From an uncultured Eubacteriales bacterium (GTDB taxonomy: Bacteria > Bacillota > Clostridia > Oscillospirales > UBA644): a stretch of DNA of 64,000 nt. The stretch lies in contig CAKSTW010000003.1 in the NCBI GenBank assembly GCA_934501435.1, positions 67,842-131,841 on the forward strand, written 5' to 3'. The translations under genes were made by a program, and so were the position numbers. A model generated the notes under the pieces. It saw nothing but the letters and a program-made list of their open reading frames with translations, was not told the origin of the DNA and searched no databases. Shown here one piece after another: positions 17,498 to 27,306 of the stretch. The stretch's first letter is position 1. Every line of letters starts with the position of its first letter.

Positions 17498-19162
17498 TTA
17501 TTTTCCGCCTTCCGAAATTGATTTGCAAGCCGCTTTTATTCTTTCGTCAACTTTCTTTGCACCGAGAATTTTCATGACGGCGTAAGTATCGGGAGAAACC
17601 GTTTTACCCGTGACCGCGATACGGAGAACCATTGCGATATCCGCGACGCTTCCCTTGAAGTTTTCGGGATTTTTCTTGTATTCTTTCATATCTGCGGCGT
17701 ATCCGAGAGAGGAAGCGAGTTCCTTTATCTTATTGAACCAGACGTCCTGTTCGTCGTTTTCGTCGTAAATTTCGGGATATTTTTCAAGAATAACAACGGC
17801 GTCTTCTGCCGAAATATTTTCGGGCAGAGAATGAGCCGGAACGAAATATTTATCGTAGAAAAAGCCCATGTAGTCCTTGACGCCGCTCCAGACCGCGATA
17901 TCTTTACGGGGCTTTTTGCCACCTCTGCCGATCGCGAGAATTTCTTTTGCGTAATCGGGTGCGGCTTTGAGTTCGGAGGCGAATTCGGGGTCGTATTCCT
18001 CCGCCCATTTTTCAACATCGTCAAAGACTTCTTCGGCGGTCATCCTCGAAATGACGTTCTTTGAAATATCGAGAACTTTATCCATATCGAAAAGAGCGCC
18101 CGATGAACTCATTTTATTGACGGAGAATTTGAATTCTTCGTAGTTTTTATCGGGGTTCTGAAGTCGCCATTCCTCGAAATTCGAGTTGAGAATGGTTAAA
18201 AGATATTCGATAATGGCTTTCGGAGAAAAGCCCTCTTTATTGTAATATTCAATTCCGAATTCGGGATCTTTGCGTTTCGAAAGTTTGCGTTTGCCCTCGC
18301 CGTCCTGCTTTAACATGTGGGCGGTATGTATGAATTTCGGAGGTTTCCAGCCGATATATTCGAAAAGCTGGAGATGCCACGGGAAAGTCGAAAGCCATTC
18401 TTCGCCGCGGACGACATGGGTCGTTCTCATGAAATGGTCGTCGACGACGTGCGCAAAATGATAAGTCGGGATACCGTCCGATTTGAGAAGAACGATATCG
18501 GCGTTGTTTTCGGGGAATTCAAGTTCGCCTTTGATAAGGTCGCGAGCCTTTACCGTTTTTTCGGGATTTCCGACCGAACGGAGACGGAGAACGTAGGGTT
18601 TTCCCTCTTTAACATACCGTTCGACGGTCTCGTAAGGCAGATCCCTGTATTTTGCCCATTTGCCGTAGTAGCCGGGGTTTTCGCCCGCCGCCGCCTGCGC
18701 GTTTCTTATTTCCTCAAGTTCTTCTTCGGTGCAGAAGCAGGGGTACGCAAGACCTCTTTCGACAAGATTTTTCGCGACGATATGATAGATTTCCGCTCTT
18801 TCCTGCTGACGGTAAGGCCCGTAGTCGCCGAACCCGCCGTCTTCGGTATACCCCTCGTCAAAAGTAAGACCGTAGCGTTTGAAGGTGTCGATTATGAGTT
18901 CGACCGCGCCGTCGACCTTTCTTTTCTGGTCGGTATCCTCTATACGGAGATAGAAAACGCCGCCGCTCTGATGAGCAAGACGCTCATCGACAAGCGCCCC
19001 GAAAAGGTTTCCGATATGGATAAATCCCGTCGGGCTGGGGGCTATTCTTGTTACTTTCGCGCCCTCCGGCAAATTTCTCGGAGGATATTTTTTTTCAAGA
19101 TCGTCAACCGTTTCGGTAACGTCGCCGAATAGAAGTTCGGCTGTTTTTTTTGAGTCGGTCAT
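17498..19162 (-). CDS. gltX: glutamyl-tRNA synthetase
   Basis: RIAPSPTGFIHIGNLFGAL (HIGH motif) and KLSKRK (KMSKS motif). 554 aa. Confidence 0.9.
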   Translation of the reverse strand: MTDSKKTAELLFGDVTETVDDLEKKYPPRNLPEGAKVTRIAPSPTGFIHIGNLFGALVDERLAHQSGGVFYLRIEDTDQKRKVDGAVELIIDTFKRYGLTFDEGYTEDGGFGDYGPYRQQERAEIYHIVAKNLVERGLAYPCFCTEEELEEIRNAQAAAGENPGYYGKWAKYRDLPYETVERYVKEGKPYVLRLRSVGNPEKTVKARDLIKGELEFPENNADIVLLKSDGIPTYHFAHVVDDHFMRTTHVVRGEEWLSTFPWHLQLFEYIGWKPPKFIHTAHMLKQDGEGKRKLSKRKDPEFGIEYYNKEGFSPKAIIEYLLTILNSNFEEWRLQNPDKNYEEFKFSVNKMSSSGALFDMDKVLDISKNVISRMTAEEVFDDVEKWAEEYDPEFASELKAAPDYAKEILAIGRGGKKPRKDIAVWSGVKDYMGFFYDKYFVPAHSLPENISAEDAVVILEKYPEIYDENDEQDVWFNKIKELASSLGYAADMKEYKKNPENFKGSVADIAMVLRIAVTGKTVSPDTYAVMKILGAKKVDERIKAACKSISEGGK

Positions 19163-20094
19163 AAATTCTCCTCGGTGACTGTAAGCCCGTTCTTTTCTAT
19201 GTCAAGTTTTTTAATAAGCCAGAAATTATCGAGTTTTGAAACGGTTTCTTCAAGTTTTCCGGCAATACTGTTGCCCTTTTTATTGACTATCATAAGGGTC
19301 GGACCCGCGCCGCTCAGATATCCGCCGTAAGCGCCGGAATTTTCGGCAGCCGACAGTATTTCTTCCATTCCGGGAATAAGTTTTTTGCGGTAGGGCTGGT
19401 GGATACGGTCCTGCACCGCAAGAGACAGCGCGTCGAAATTTCCCGACATTATCGAAGCGGTAAGCAGCGCCGCTCTCGAAATATTAAAGACAACCTCTTT
19501 ACGGGTATAGTTTTCGGGCAGAACTCCCCTCGCCTCTTTGGTCGAAAGAGAAAAGTCGGGGATAAGCACGATAAATTCGAGTTTATCGGAAACATCGGCT
19601 CTCACATATTCGAGCCGCTCGCCGTCGAACGCTCCGACGACGAAATCGCCCAGAAGTGCGGGCGCGACATTATCGGGGTGTCCCTCAAGTTTTACCGCCA
19701 TTGCAAGCAGATCTTCTTTTGAAAAAGCGTTTCCCGTAAGTCGGTTTGCCGCGGCAAGCCCTGCGGTAATGCAGGCGGCGGAACTTCCGAGTCCTCTTGC
19801 GAGAGGAATTTCGTCGGTCTGCTTAAAATAAAACGGCGGCACTTTTTTGCCTGTCGTTTTTTCAAATTCCTTTACCGTTCTGTAAAGAAGATTTCTTTCG
19901 TCGGTCGGAACAGTCTGTCCCGCTCTTATTCTTTCGTCGATATTGTTGACGCTTTCGATATGAAAATCGCCGTCAAACTTTTTCTCGTCGCGCGTGAAGA
20001 CTTCAACCGTATTGTATAAAGACAGAGCAACGCCCGCAGTATCGAAAGCGGGGCCCATATTCGCGGAGGTCGCGGGAACTTTTATTCTGAACAT
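19159..20094 (-). CDS. thrB: homoserine kinase
   Basis: MFRIKVPATSANMGPAFDTAGVAL and the GHMP kinase motif PLARGLGSSAA. Confidence 0.9.
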   Translation of the reverse strand: MFRIKVPATSANMGPAFDTAGVALSLYNTVEVFTRDEKKFDGDFHIESVNNIDERIRAGQTVPTDERNLLYRTVKEFEKTTGKKVPPFYFKQTDEIPLARGLGSSAACITAGLAAANRLTGNAFSKEDLLAMAVKLEGHPDNVAPALLGDFVVGAFDGERLEYVRADVSDKLEFIVLIPDFSLSTKEARGVLPENYTRKEVVFNISRAALLTASIMSGNFDALSLAVQDRIHQPYRKKLIPGMEEILSAAENSGAYGGYLSGAGPTLMIVNKKGNSIAGKLEETVSKLDNFWLIKKLDIEKNGLTVTEENL

Positions 20095-20105
20095 AGTTGC
20101 CTTTC

Positions 20106-21170
20106 TTAACGGAAAAGTCCTCTGAGAGCCTCAATATCCGTGTCGTAGTGTTTGATGAGTTTTACGGTGTCGTCGTTTACTATTACCGACGGATCTTTGA
20201 GCCCGTTTCCGGTAAGAACGCAGACGATATCGAGGGGCTTGTCTTTTGCGATTTTGCCCTCCTGTGCGGTTTTAATAAAGCCCGCTATCGACGCGCAGGA
20301 AGCGGGTTCGGCAAAGATACCCTCTTCGGAGCAGAGAAGTTTCTGGGCTGCAAGTATTTCTTCGTCTGTTACTTTGTCGATACTTCCGTGGGATTCGTCT
20401 CTTGCGGCGACGGCTTTATCCCATGAAGCGGGGTTTCCTATACGGATAGCGGTCGCTACCGTTTCGGGGTGTTCAAAAACTCTGTTTTCGACTATTGGAG
20501 CCGCTCCCGCCGCCTGAAAGCCTGTCATTTTCGGAAGATTGGCAACGATTTTATTTGCATAATATTCTTTGAAACCCATCCAGTAAGCGGAGATGTTTCC
20601 CGCGTTGCCGACCGGGAGCATAAGGTAGTCGGGCGCTCTGCCGAGGTCGTCGCAGATTTCGAACGCCGCGGTCTTCTGTCCCTGTAAGCGGTAGGGATTT
20701 ACAGAGTTTACGAGAGTTACGTCTTCGGTCTCGGAGAGTTTTCTTACCATTGTGAGAGCGTCGTCGAAATTGCCGTTTATCGCGATGACTTCGGCGCCGT
20801 AAGCAATGGCCTGAGCAAGTTTGCCCATCGCTATTTTGCCGTCGGGTATAAGTACGTACGCTTTCATTCCCGCAGACGCCGCATAAGCCGCCGCGGAAGC
20901 GGAAGTGTTGCCTGTCGACGCGCAGATAACGGCTTTCGAGCCGTTTTCGTTGGCGTTCGTTACAGCCATGGTCATACCTCTGTCCTTAAAGGACCCCGTG
21001 GGGTTAAGACCTTCGAATTTGACGTAAAGATTTACGTTTTTCAGTCCGACAAGCGCCGGAATCTTGGAAAGTTTGAGGAAGAGAGTTCTTCCTTCGTTCA
21101 AAGTGACTATTTTCGATTCGTCGCGAAGAGGAAGATAGTCGCGGTATTTTCTGATAAGTCCCTGATACAT
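20106..21170 (-). CDS. thrC: threonine synthase
   Basis: [16 protein letters not shown] contains the PLP lysine. 354 aa. Confidence 0.9.
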   Translation of the reverse strand: MYQGLIRKYRDYLPLRDESKIVTLNEGRTLFLKLSKIPALVGLKNVNLYVKFEGLNPTGSFKDRGMTMAVTNANENGSKAVICASTGNTSASAAAYAASAGMKAYVLIPDGKIAMGKLAQAIAYGAEVIAINGNFDDALTMVRKLSETEDVTLVNSVNPYRLQGQKTAAFEICDDLGRAPDYLMLPVGNAGNISAYWMGFKEYYANKIVANLPKMTGFQAAGAAPIVENRVFEHPETVATAIRIGNPASWDKAVAARDESHGSIDKVTDEEILAAQKLLCSEEGIFAEPASCASIAGFIKTAQEGKIAKDKPLDIVCVLTGNGLKDPSVIVNDDTVKLIKHYDTDIEALRGLFR

Positions 21171-21248
21171 AATAATTCTTTTCCTTCCGTTTATAGTTGT
21201 AAAGGACGGAATATTCCGTCCTTATTTTCGATTGAAAGACCCGACGGA

Positions 21249-21545
21249 TCAGATTTCCTTGAGCGCTCTGTCAAGCCATATTGCGGCGATCTCCATCGCC
21301 TGAGCCATATCGGGTTTCTCGGTCTCTTTAACGATCCTGTCTTTTACGTCGCCGTTAAGCTGAAGCTGGATAGTTACCTTTGTCGCTTTTTTATCGGGAA
21401 GATCTTTTGAATAGTCCTCCTCGTCGATAACCTGCATCATTATGATATATTTATCGGTGACGCTTCCGTAGAAAATTATATTACCGAAACGGACAAGAGG
21501 GTGTCCTTTGAACATAAGAAACTCTTTGTTTTCGTTTTCCGCCAT
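21249..21545 (-). CDS. hypothetical protein
   Basis: Track ORF 21249..21641, trimmed to ATG 21545 (MAENENKEFLMF) after SD GAAAGGAG. A promoter-like TTTACA-17-TATACT lies upstream. Confidence 0.6.
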   Translation of the reverse strand: MAENENKEFLMFKGHPLVRFGNIIFYGSVTDKYIIMMQVIDEEDYSKDLPDKKATKVTIQLQLNGDVKDRIVKETEKPDMAQAMEIAAIWLDRALKEI

Positions 21546-21830
21546 GGCCGACTCCTTTCTCAGAGAAAATTTCCGATTCTTAATTATATTATATATAGTC
21601 AGTATAACATAAAAAAAACGGCTTGTAAAGATATTTTTCAATAGTTTTCAAAAGAGTTGAAATATGTACGCCGGGCAGGAAGAGCAGAAAAGATCTTTTA
21701 TCGCCCGGCGCAGGCTCTGTTCGGTAATTTTCCCTTTTTCACCCTGTCCGGCATCACGCAAAGTCTGGACGGAAATCAATCCGTTAAAACCGATAAGAGT
21801 CCGATTCCTCTCTGTCTGTCCGACGGTCGG

Positions 21831-22010
21831 TCAGAACATATTTTCTACGCCCTGTTTTACCATATTCCCGACGTTCATCGCTTCTTTTTTGAGTTTTTTG
21901 CAAAGGCACTTATCGTTCATCAGGCAGACCGCGCCCATGACGGTCATTCCGACAGCGACGCCCGCGAACACAGAAGCCGCCCAATGCGATTTTTTCTTCT
22001 GAAAAAACAT
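21831..22010 (-). CDS. small membrane protein (59 aa), hypothetical
   Basis: Below the track length cutoff. SD GAGGTG lies 7 nt before ATG 22010. My translation is MFFQKKKSHWAASVFAGVAVGMTVMGAVCLMNDKCLCKKLKKEAMNVGNMVKQGVENMF, with one TM segment. It sits directly downstream of the ger operon. Confidence 0.4.
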   Translation of the reverse strand: MFFQKKKSHWAASVFAGVAVGMTVMGAVCLMNDKCLCKKLKKEAMNVGNMVKQGVENMF

Positions 22011-22019
22011 ATTATCACC

Positions 22020-23129
22020 TCATAACTTATTATCGGCTTTATTAACGATTTTATTCCCGTTTTTTTTCAGTTTTATTTCCGCGGTTATCCACATTATAAC
22101 GGGGAAAAACTGCAGCGCCGCCGCGATATGAACATAACCGCCGAGAAATTTCGGAAGTTCGATTATATTCGGAAACAGAAGTTCGGAAATTACGGCGACG
22201 GCAAGCGAAACAAAAAAGATAACAAGCGTCTTTTTTTTCTTCCCGGAAAAGGAAAAACAGGTTTTTATCCCGAGAGACGAAATATAAACGGACAGACTTC
22301 CTTTCAAAATCCCCGCTGTAAAAAACAGAGCGGACGCGATTATTTCGAGCCTTCGCACGACCCCTATCTCGATAAGGGACACCGCGGCGTAGGTCGGATA
22401 GAAAAGTTTTGTCATCGTCGGAACGCCGAGAGAAAGAATGTTGTTAAGCGCCGCCGCGACCATCAGAACAAGAGAAAAAGCAAAGACCGCAAAATATACT
22501 TTTTTCCGCTCTCCTTTTTCTGCCTTCACTCCGAGATTCATAAGGACCATTGCCTCCGTCGCCGGGAAAACAAGGTTGACGTAAGCGTTACGGAAAAGTT
22601 TCTGCGGGTCGTCGACCGTAAAAGGTTCGAGATTGTTGAAATTCCAGATATTAAAAGAACAGACGAAAAAGACGATAAGCACAGCGGCGAAAACGGGCAG
22701 GAAAAGAGCCGAAAACTTCGCGATGACTTCAAGCCCGTGGACGGCAACGTAAAAGCAGACGAATACGCAGACGGCTATAATAAATATCCGCGGCGTCCTG
22801 TCAAGAGAGACTATCCCCGTGAATTCGGAGATATTCCGAACGGCGATCGCCGCGGCAATGACGTAATAAAGAGTATAAACGGCGGACAAACTTCTGCCGA
22901 AAGTTTTCCCGAATATCTCCGACAGCATTCCGAAAATGTTTTTTTCGGGATATATCCCGGAAAGTCTTGCGTAAATAAAATAAAACGGCGCTGCGGCGGC
23001 AAAAGAAATCATATATGAAAGCCAGAGGCTTCTGCCCGCGACGGAATACCCCGAAAGAATGGGAATACCGCTTACGACAAAAAGCGCGGAAATACAGATC
23101 GCCTGTTTTTTTGATATTTTTTCTTCCAT
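22020..23129 (-). CDS. spore germination protein, GerAB/GerKB family (APC-like permease)
   Basis: 369 aa with about 10 TM segments. N-terminal KISKKQAICISALFVVSG is typical of GerxB. It is the last gene of an A-C-B germination operon. Confidence 0.8.
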   Translation of the reverse strand: MEEKISKKQAICISALFVVSGIPILSGYSVAGRSLWLSYMISFAAAAPFYFIYARLSGIYPEKNIFGMLSEIFGKTFGRSLSAVYTLYYVIAAAIAVRNISEFTGIVSLDRTPRIFIIAVCVFVCFYVAVHGLEVIAKFSALFLPVFAAVLIVFFVCSFNIWNFNNLEPFTVDDPQKLFRNAYVNLVFPATEAMVLMNLGVKAEKGERKKVYFAVFAFSLVLMVAAALNNILSLGVPTMTKLFYPTYAAVSLIEIGVVRRLEIIASALFFTAGILKGSLSVYISSLGIKTCFSFSGKKKKTLVIFFVSLAVAVISELLFPNIIELPKFLGGYVHIAAALQFFPVIMWITAEIKLKKNGNKIVNKADNKL

Positions 23130-23133
23130 ACCG

Positions 23134-24243
23134 TCACCTGTCCGAAACCGCGTTTTGCGGAGTTCTGCCCGAGTCGATTATTTCGCATTCGCATACGATC
23201 TCAAGCGACGCCGCGCTGAAAACGTCCCGCCAGCCGTCTTTGATATTTTCCCATTCCGACGGCATTTTCCGATATATCATATTACCGAAAGCAAAGACGT
23301 CGCTGCGGAAATTCCGTTTTATTTCATCAAACGTTTCCGACAGTTCTTCTTCAATCGCTCTTTCCGTTTCTTTCTGAAGATATTCTTTGCATTTCGGATC
23401 GGAAAGGTCGCAATTTTCGGGAAGCTGCCGCGCCGCCGCCTTTATCTTCACTTTTGTTTCAAACGCAGCCGGATAAGTTTCGATCCTGCTTTCAGTCGAA
23501 ATATCACGGATCTCGAAAGAAACGTATTCCCCGCCGACGGAAAGCGTCATATCCCCGCCCGCAAGTTTTCCCATCAGAGTCAGATAGCGTCTTGCCTTTT
23601 CGGAAGAAATGTTTCCGACCGCTCTGTCGTCCCTGAAAACAGTCATTCCCGAATAAAAAATTTCTTTATCGTTTATCGAAAGTCTCGGTAATATCAGGTC
23701 TTTTCCTTTATTTTCAAGAGTGTTCAGACAGGCGTAAGCCTGCGCCGACGGGTAGACTGCCGACCCGGGGTTATCCTGCTTCATCATATCGAATATCCCG
23801 TAGGAAACGATATCGTAAAGCGGCAGTTCGCAGTCAAAAACGGTCGAAGAAAGTCCGCCTCCGACAGTAACGAAAAGAACCGTAAGCCGCAGAGTATTGT
23901 AGTGAAAAACCATATCCAGGATTTCCGATATCCCGTTTTCCGCAGTCTTTTCGCCGACAAAAATAACCTGACAATGACTGAAATCAAAAGGTTTTCCGCT
24001 TGCATTTTTAAGTCCTTCCATCGCTTCGAAAACGGTCTTTCCCTCGGAAAAGACGGTTTCCGATTTTACCGACGCCTCGGAAGACGAACCGGGGGCTATT
24101 GTTTCGGCGACGACGGAATATCCGTTTTCGTTTTTGTCAAGCGCCATGCCCGCAACAACGACGACGTCCTCGACATCCGCGTAATTGTAACATCCCGTAA
24201 ATGTTAAAAGTACGAATATCAGCGCAAAAATCACTTTTTTCAT
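23134..24243 (-). CDS. spore germination lipoprotein, Ger(x)C family
   Basis: Track ORF trimmed to MKKVIFALIFVLLTFTGC (lipobox LTFTGC) at 24243. This overlaps the GerxA stop as ATGA. Confidence 0.8.
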   Translation of the reverse strand: MKKVIFALIFVLLTFTGCYNYADVEDVVVVAGMALDKNENGYSVVAETIAPGSSSEASVKSETVFSEGKTVFEAMEGLKNASGKPFDFSHCQVIFVGEKTAENGISEILDMVFHYNTLRLTVLFVTVGGGLSSTVFDCELPLYDIVSYGIFDMMKQDNPGSAVYPSAQAYACLNTLENKGKDLILPRLSINDKEIFYSGMTVFRDDRAVGNISSEKARRYLTLMGKLAGGDMTLSVGGEYVSFEIRDISTESRIETYPAAFETKVKIKAAARQLPENCDLSDPKCKEYLQKETERAIEEELSETFDEIKRNFRSDVFAFGNMIYRKMPSEWENIKDGWRDVFSAASLEIVCECEIIDSGRTPQNAVSDR

Positions 24244-25844
24244 TTTGTTCTGCCCGCTTTTTGTCTGTATTTCTGCGCGGTGATATCCTCGGGAAAAGTG
24301 ACCATCGCCCACCACGGCGCGCGGACTATATAATCCTTGTTTTTAAGAGGGGTCGAGAAGGGACTGTATGAGAAATAATCCGTGCCGAAACTTTTGAGAG
24401 AGAAAAGGTGCGCGGTCATAATAAATGAGGCGAGAAGAAAACCGTAAGCGCCGAGGACCGACGAAAACGCAAGAAACAGGAGCCTGTAAAACAGTATCGA
24501 ATTTTTGGTATTCTGAACCATAAGCCCCGCAAGGCAGGAAACGGCAACCGCAATAAGCATCGGCGCGCTTGTATACCGCGCGGAAATGGCGGCGTCTCCC
24601 AAGACAAGCGCCCCGACGATACTCAAAGGCTGACCGATGCTTTCGGGGACCCTGAGCGCCGTCTCCCTTAAAATTTCAAATGCGAAAAGGAGCGCCGAAC
24701 ATTCTATTATCGACGGGAACGGAACGCCCTGTCTTGCGGAAATAAAGGACATTACAAGTTCGGTCGGCAGCATATAACTGTGAAAGGCGATAAGCGCGAC
24801 GAAAAGCCCCGGAAGAGAAACCGCCATAAAATAGCAGACTATACGCAATATCCTCATAAACGAGGCGTAAAACGAACTTGTATAATAGTCGTCAGCCGCC
24901 TGAAAACTTTCAACGGCAAGATAAGGGACGGTTATGACCGACGGACAGCCGTTTACAATTACCGCAATTCTCCCCTCCGCTATTTTTGCGGCGGCGGTAT
25001 CGGGACGTTCGGTGTCTCCGACGGTGCGGAAACTGCTCAGGGGGCTGTCTGAAATGAATTCTTCGAGATAATTGCTGTCGAGAACAGCGTCGATATCAAT
25101 ATTTTCAAGCCTTTCGTAAAGAAGAGAAAGCGCCTTTTTATTCACGACCGACGCAAGATAGCAGACCGCCGTTTTAGTGTTGCTGCGTCTGCCGAAAGAA
25201 AAAAAACGCACCTTGAGATCTGGAGTGCGGAGTTTTCGCCGCAGCAGCGAAAGATTTACCATAATATCTTCGACAAACCCCTCGCGCGGACCTTTGAGCG
25301 CCTTTTCGGTATACGGTTCCTCGACGGAACGGCGGCTGTAATTTTTCGTGTCGGCGACAAGCGCGTTTTCCGTTCCGTCGATAAAGATTACCGTATCCCC
25401 CGAAAGGACAGCCGTCACTATTTCCGAAAATTTGTTTTCGGTCGAAATATCGCCGCCGTATATCGCTTTTTCAAGCGTTTTTTCGGCGGTGAACGCTTTC
25501 GGAAAGTCTTCGGGATAAGTCATCAGAGGCTTTATGAACTGCTCGGAAACGGCGTCGGTATTCGACATTCCGTCAAGGAAAAACGCCGCGCATTTCACAT
25601 TGTTGCGGAAAGCAAAAAACCGCCGTGAAATTATCATCGGGTCATTTTCGAAAAGGTCCGATATATATTTGAAGTTTTTTTCAATATCACTGAAGACAAC
25701 GGGTTCGTCCCCGTTTTTTTCAAGTTCTTTTTCCGATATATAATAAGGTTTTTCGGGAATACCGTCGTTTTTCGGAATAAGTTTTTTCAGGCGGAGAAAA
25801 GCGTTCCCCTTTTCGTCTATTTTCTGTTTTTTCACATAATTCAC
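24240..25844 (-). CDS. spore germination protein, GerAA/GerKA family
   Basis: 534 aa. The soluble N-terminal domain plus the C-terminal TM region (PLSIVGALVLGDAAISA) are typical of GerxA. Confidence 0.8.
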   Translation of the reverse strand: MNYVKKQKIDEKGNAFLRLKKLIPKNDGIPEKPYYISEKELEKNGDEPVVFSDIEKNFKYISDLFENDPMIISRRFFAFRNNVKCAAFFLDGMSNTDAVSEQFIKPLMTYPEDFPKAFTAEKTLEKAIYGGDISTENKFSEIVTAVLSGDTVIFIDGTENALVADTKNYSRRSVEEPYTEKALKGPREGFVEDIMVNLSLLRRKLRTPDLKVRFFSFGRRSNTKTAVCYLASVVNKKALSLLYERLENIDIDAVLDSNYLEEFISDSPLSSFRTVGDTERPDTAAAKIAEGRIAVIVNGCPSVITVPYLAVESFQAADDYYTSSFYASFMRILRIVCYFMAVSLPGLFVALIAFHSYMLPTELVMSFISARQGVPFPSIIECSALLFAFEILRETALRVPESIGQPLSIVGALVLGDAAISARYTSAPMLIAVAVSCLAGLMVQNTKNSILFYRLLFLAFSSVLGAYGFLLASFIMTAHLFSLKSFGTDYFSYSPFSTPLKNKDYIVRAPWWAMVTFPEDITAQKYRQKAGRTK

Positions 25845-25904
25845 CCGAAAATATTTTTACATAAAAAAAATAAAGGATACATACCAGATGTATCCTTTTT
25901 TGAT

Positions 25905-27293
25905 TCAGAGCGAATTTACTATGTTTTTGAAATGTTTGCCTCTCGCCTCGAAATTCGGATAAAGGTCGAAACTTGCCGACGCGGGGCTTAAATAGACCCT
26001 GTCGCCTTTCTTCGAATTTTCGACCGCCGCTTTTATGGCGTCTTCCATCGTCTCAACCTCGACTATCTTCGTTTTTTCGGGAGAATATTTATCGCAGTTA
26101 AGCAACGCCTCCTTGATTTTCGGAGCGGTCTTTCCCATAAGGATAAGAACCTTCACTTTTTCGGCAAGGTAAGGCGCCAGCGGCTCGTAAGGTATCTTTT
26201 TATCGTAGCCGCCCGCTATCATCACTATCGGTTCGGTCTGCGATTTAAGGCAGGCAATGCTTCTTGTCGGAGACGTCCCTATCGAATCGTTATAGTAAGA
26301 AACGCCGTTATATTCGCGGACGAATTCCATACGATGCTCGACGCCACCGAAATGCTCGGCGATATCTCTTATTTTTTCGACGGGGCAAAGTCCCCACACG
26401 GCGGATATCGCGGTCATATAGTTATCCACGTTATGGTCGCCCGGAATTCTTATAAGACTGCGGTTCATGACCGTTTCTTCTTTTCCGTTTTCCGAATGGA
26501 TTATGTCGCCGTTTTCTGCAAGGTAAGTACCGTTCCCGACCTTATCGGTAAGAGAAAAGAAACAGACGTTTGCTTTCGCCTTTTTCGCAAAATTTCTTGT
26601 TATGTCGTTATTGTAATTGAGGACAAGTCTTGCGTCGGGGTTCTGATTTATGAAAATATGTTCCTTTGCCTCGATATATTCGTCCATTCCCGTATGCCAG
26701 TCGAGGTGGTTCGGCGCGACGTTCGTCACGACCGCGATATCGGGCGACGGAATAAAGGACGAAAGTTGGAAAGACGAAAGTTCGATTACGGCGAAATCGT
26801 TTTCCTTTATTTTCTCGATTTCGGGGAGCAGCGGTTTGCCTATATTCCCGCCGAGGTGGCAGGTATAGCCCGCCTTTTCGAGCATTTTGCAGATAAGGGT
26901 CGTGGAGGTCGTTTTACCGTCGCTTCCGGTGACCGACGCGATTTTACAGGGGCAGAGACGGAAAAATTCTTCCATTTCCGAAGTGATTCTGCTGCCGCGG
27001 TTTTTTGCATCGACATAAACTTTATTATCGGGTCTCATTCCGGGGGTTCTGAAAACGACGTCTCCCGAAACGCCGTCAAGATAGTTTTCGCCGAGGACGA
27101 ATTTTATATCTTTGCCCTCGTATTCCTTTAATACGTCAGCCATCTGTTCCGGCGTTTTTTTATCGTGGACGATGACAGAAACGCCGTGCGACAGAAACAT
27201 ATCCGCAACGGGTCGGTGACTTACGCCGAAACCGATAAGGGAAACTGTCTTTCCTTTGAGATTTTCAAAATATTCGCTTATTTTGCTGTTCAT
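25905..27293 (-). CDS. murD: UDP-N-acetylmuramoylalanine--D-glutamate ligase
   Basis: VTGSDGKTTSTTL (Mur ligase P-loop), NVAPNHLDWH, 462 aa. Confidence 0.9.
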   Translation of the reverse strand: MNSKISEYFENLKGKTVSLIGFGVSHRPVADMFLSHGVSVIVHDKKTPEQMADVLKEYEGKDIKFVLGENYLDGVSGDVVFRTPGMRPDNKVYVDAKNRGSRITSEMEEFFRLCPCKIASVTGSDGKTTSTTLICKMLEKAGYTCHLGGNIGKPLLPEIEKIKENDFAVIELSSFQLSSFIPSPDIAVVTNVAPNHLDWHTGMDEYIEAKEHIFINQNPDARLVLNYNNDITRNFAKKAKANVCFFSLTDKVGNGTYLAENGDIIHSENGKEETVMNRSLIRIPGDHNVDNYMTAISAVWGLCPVEKIRDIAEHFGGVEHRMEFVREYNGVSYYNDSIGTSPTRSIACLKSQTEPIVMIAGGYDKKIPYEPLAPYLAEKVKVLILMGKTAPKIKEALLNCDKYSPEKTKIVEVETMEDAIKAAVENSKKGDRVYLSPASASFDLYPNFEARGKHFKNIVNSL

Positions 27294-27306
27294 AAAAAAT
27301 CTTCTT

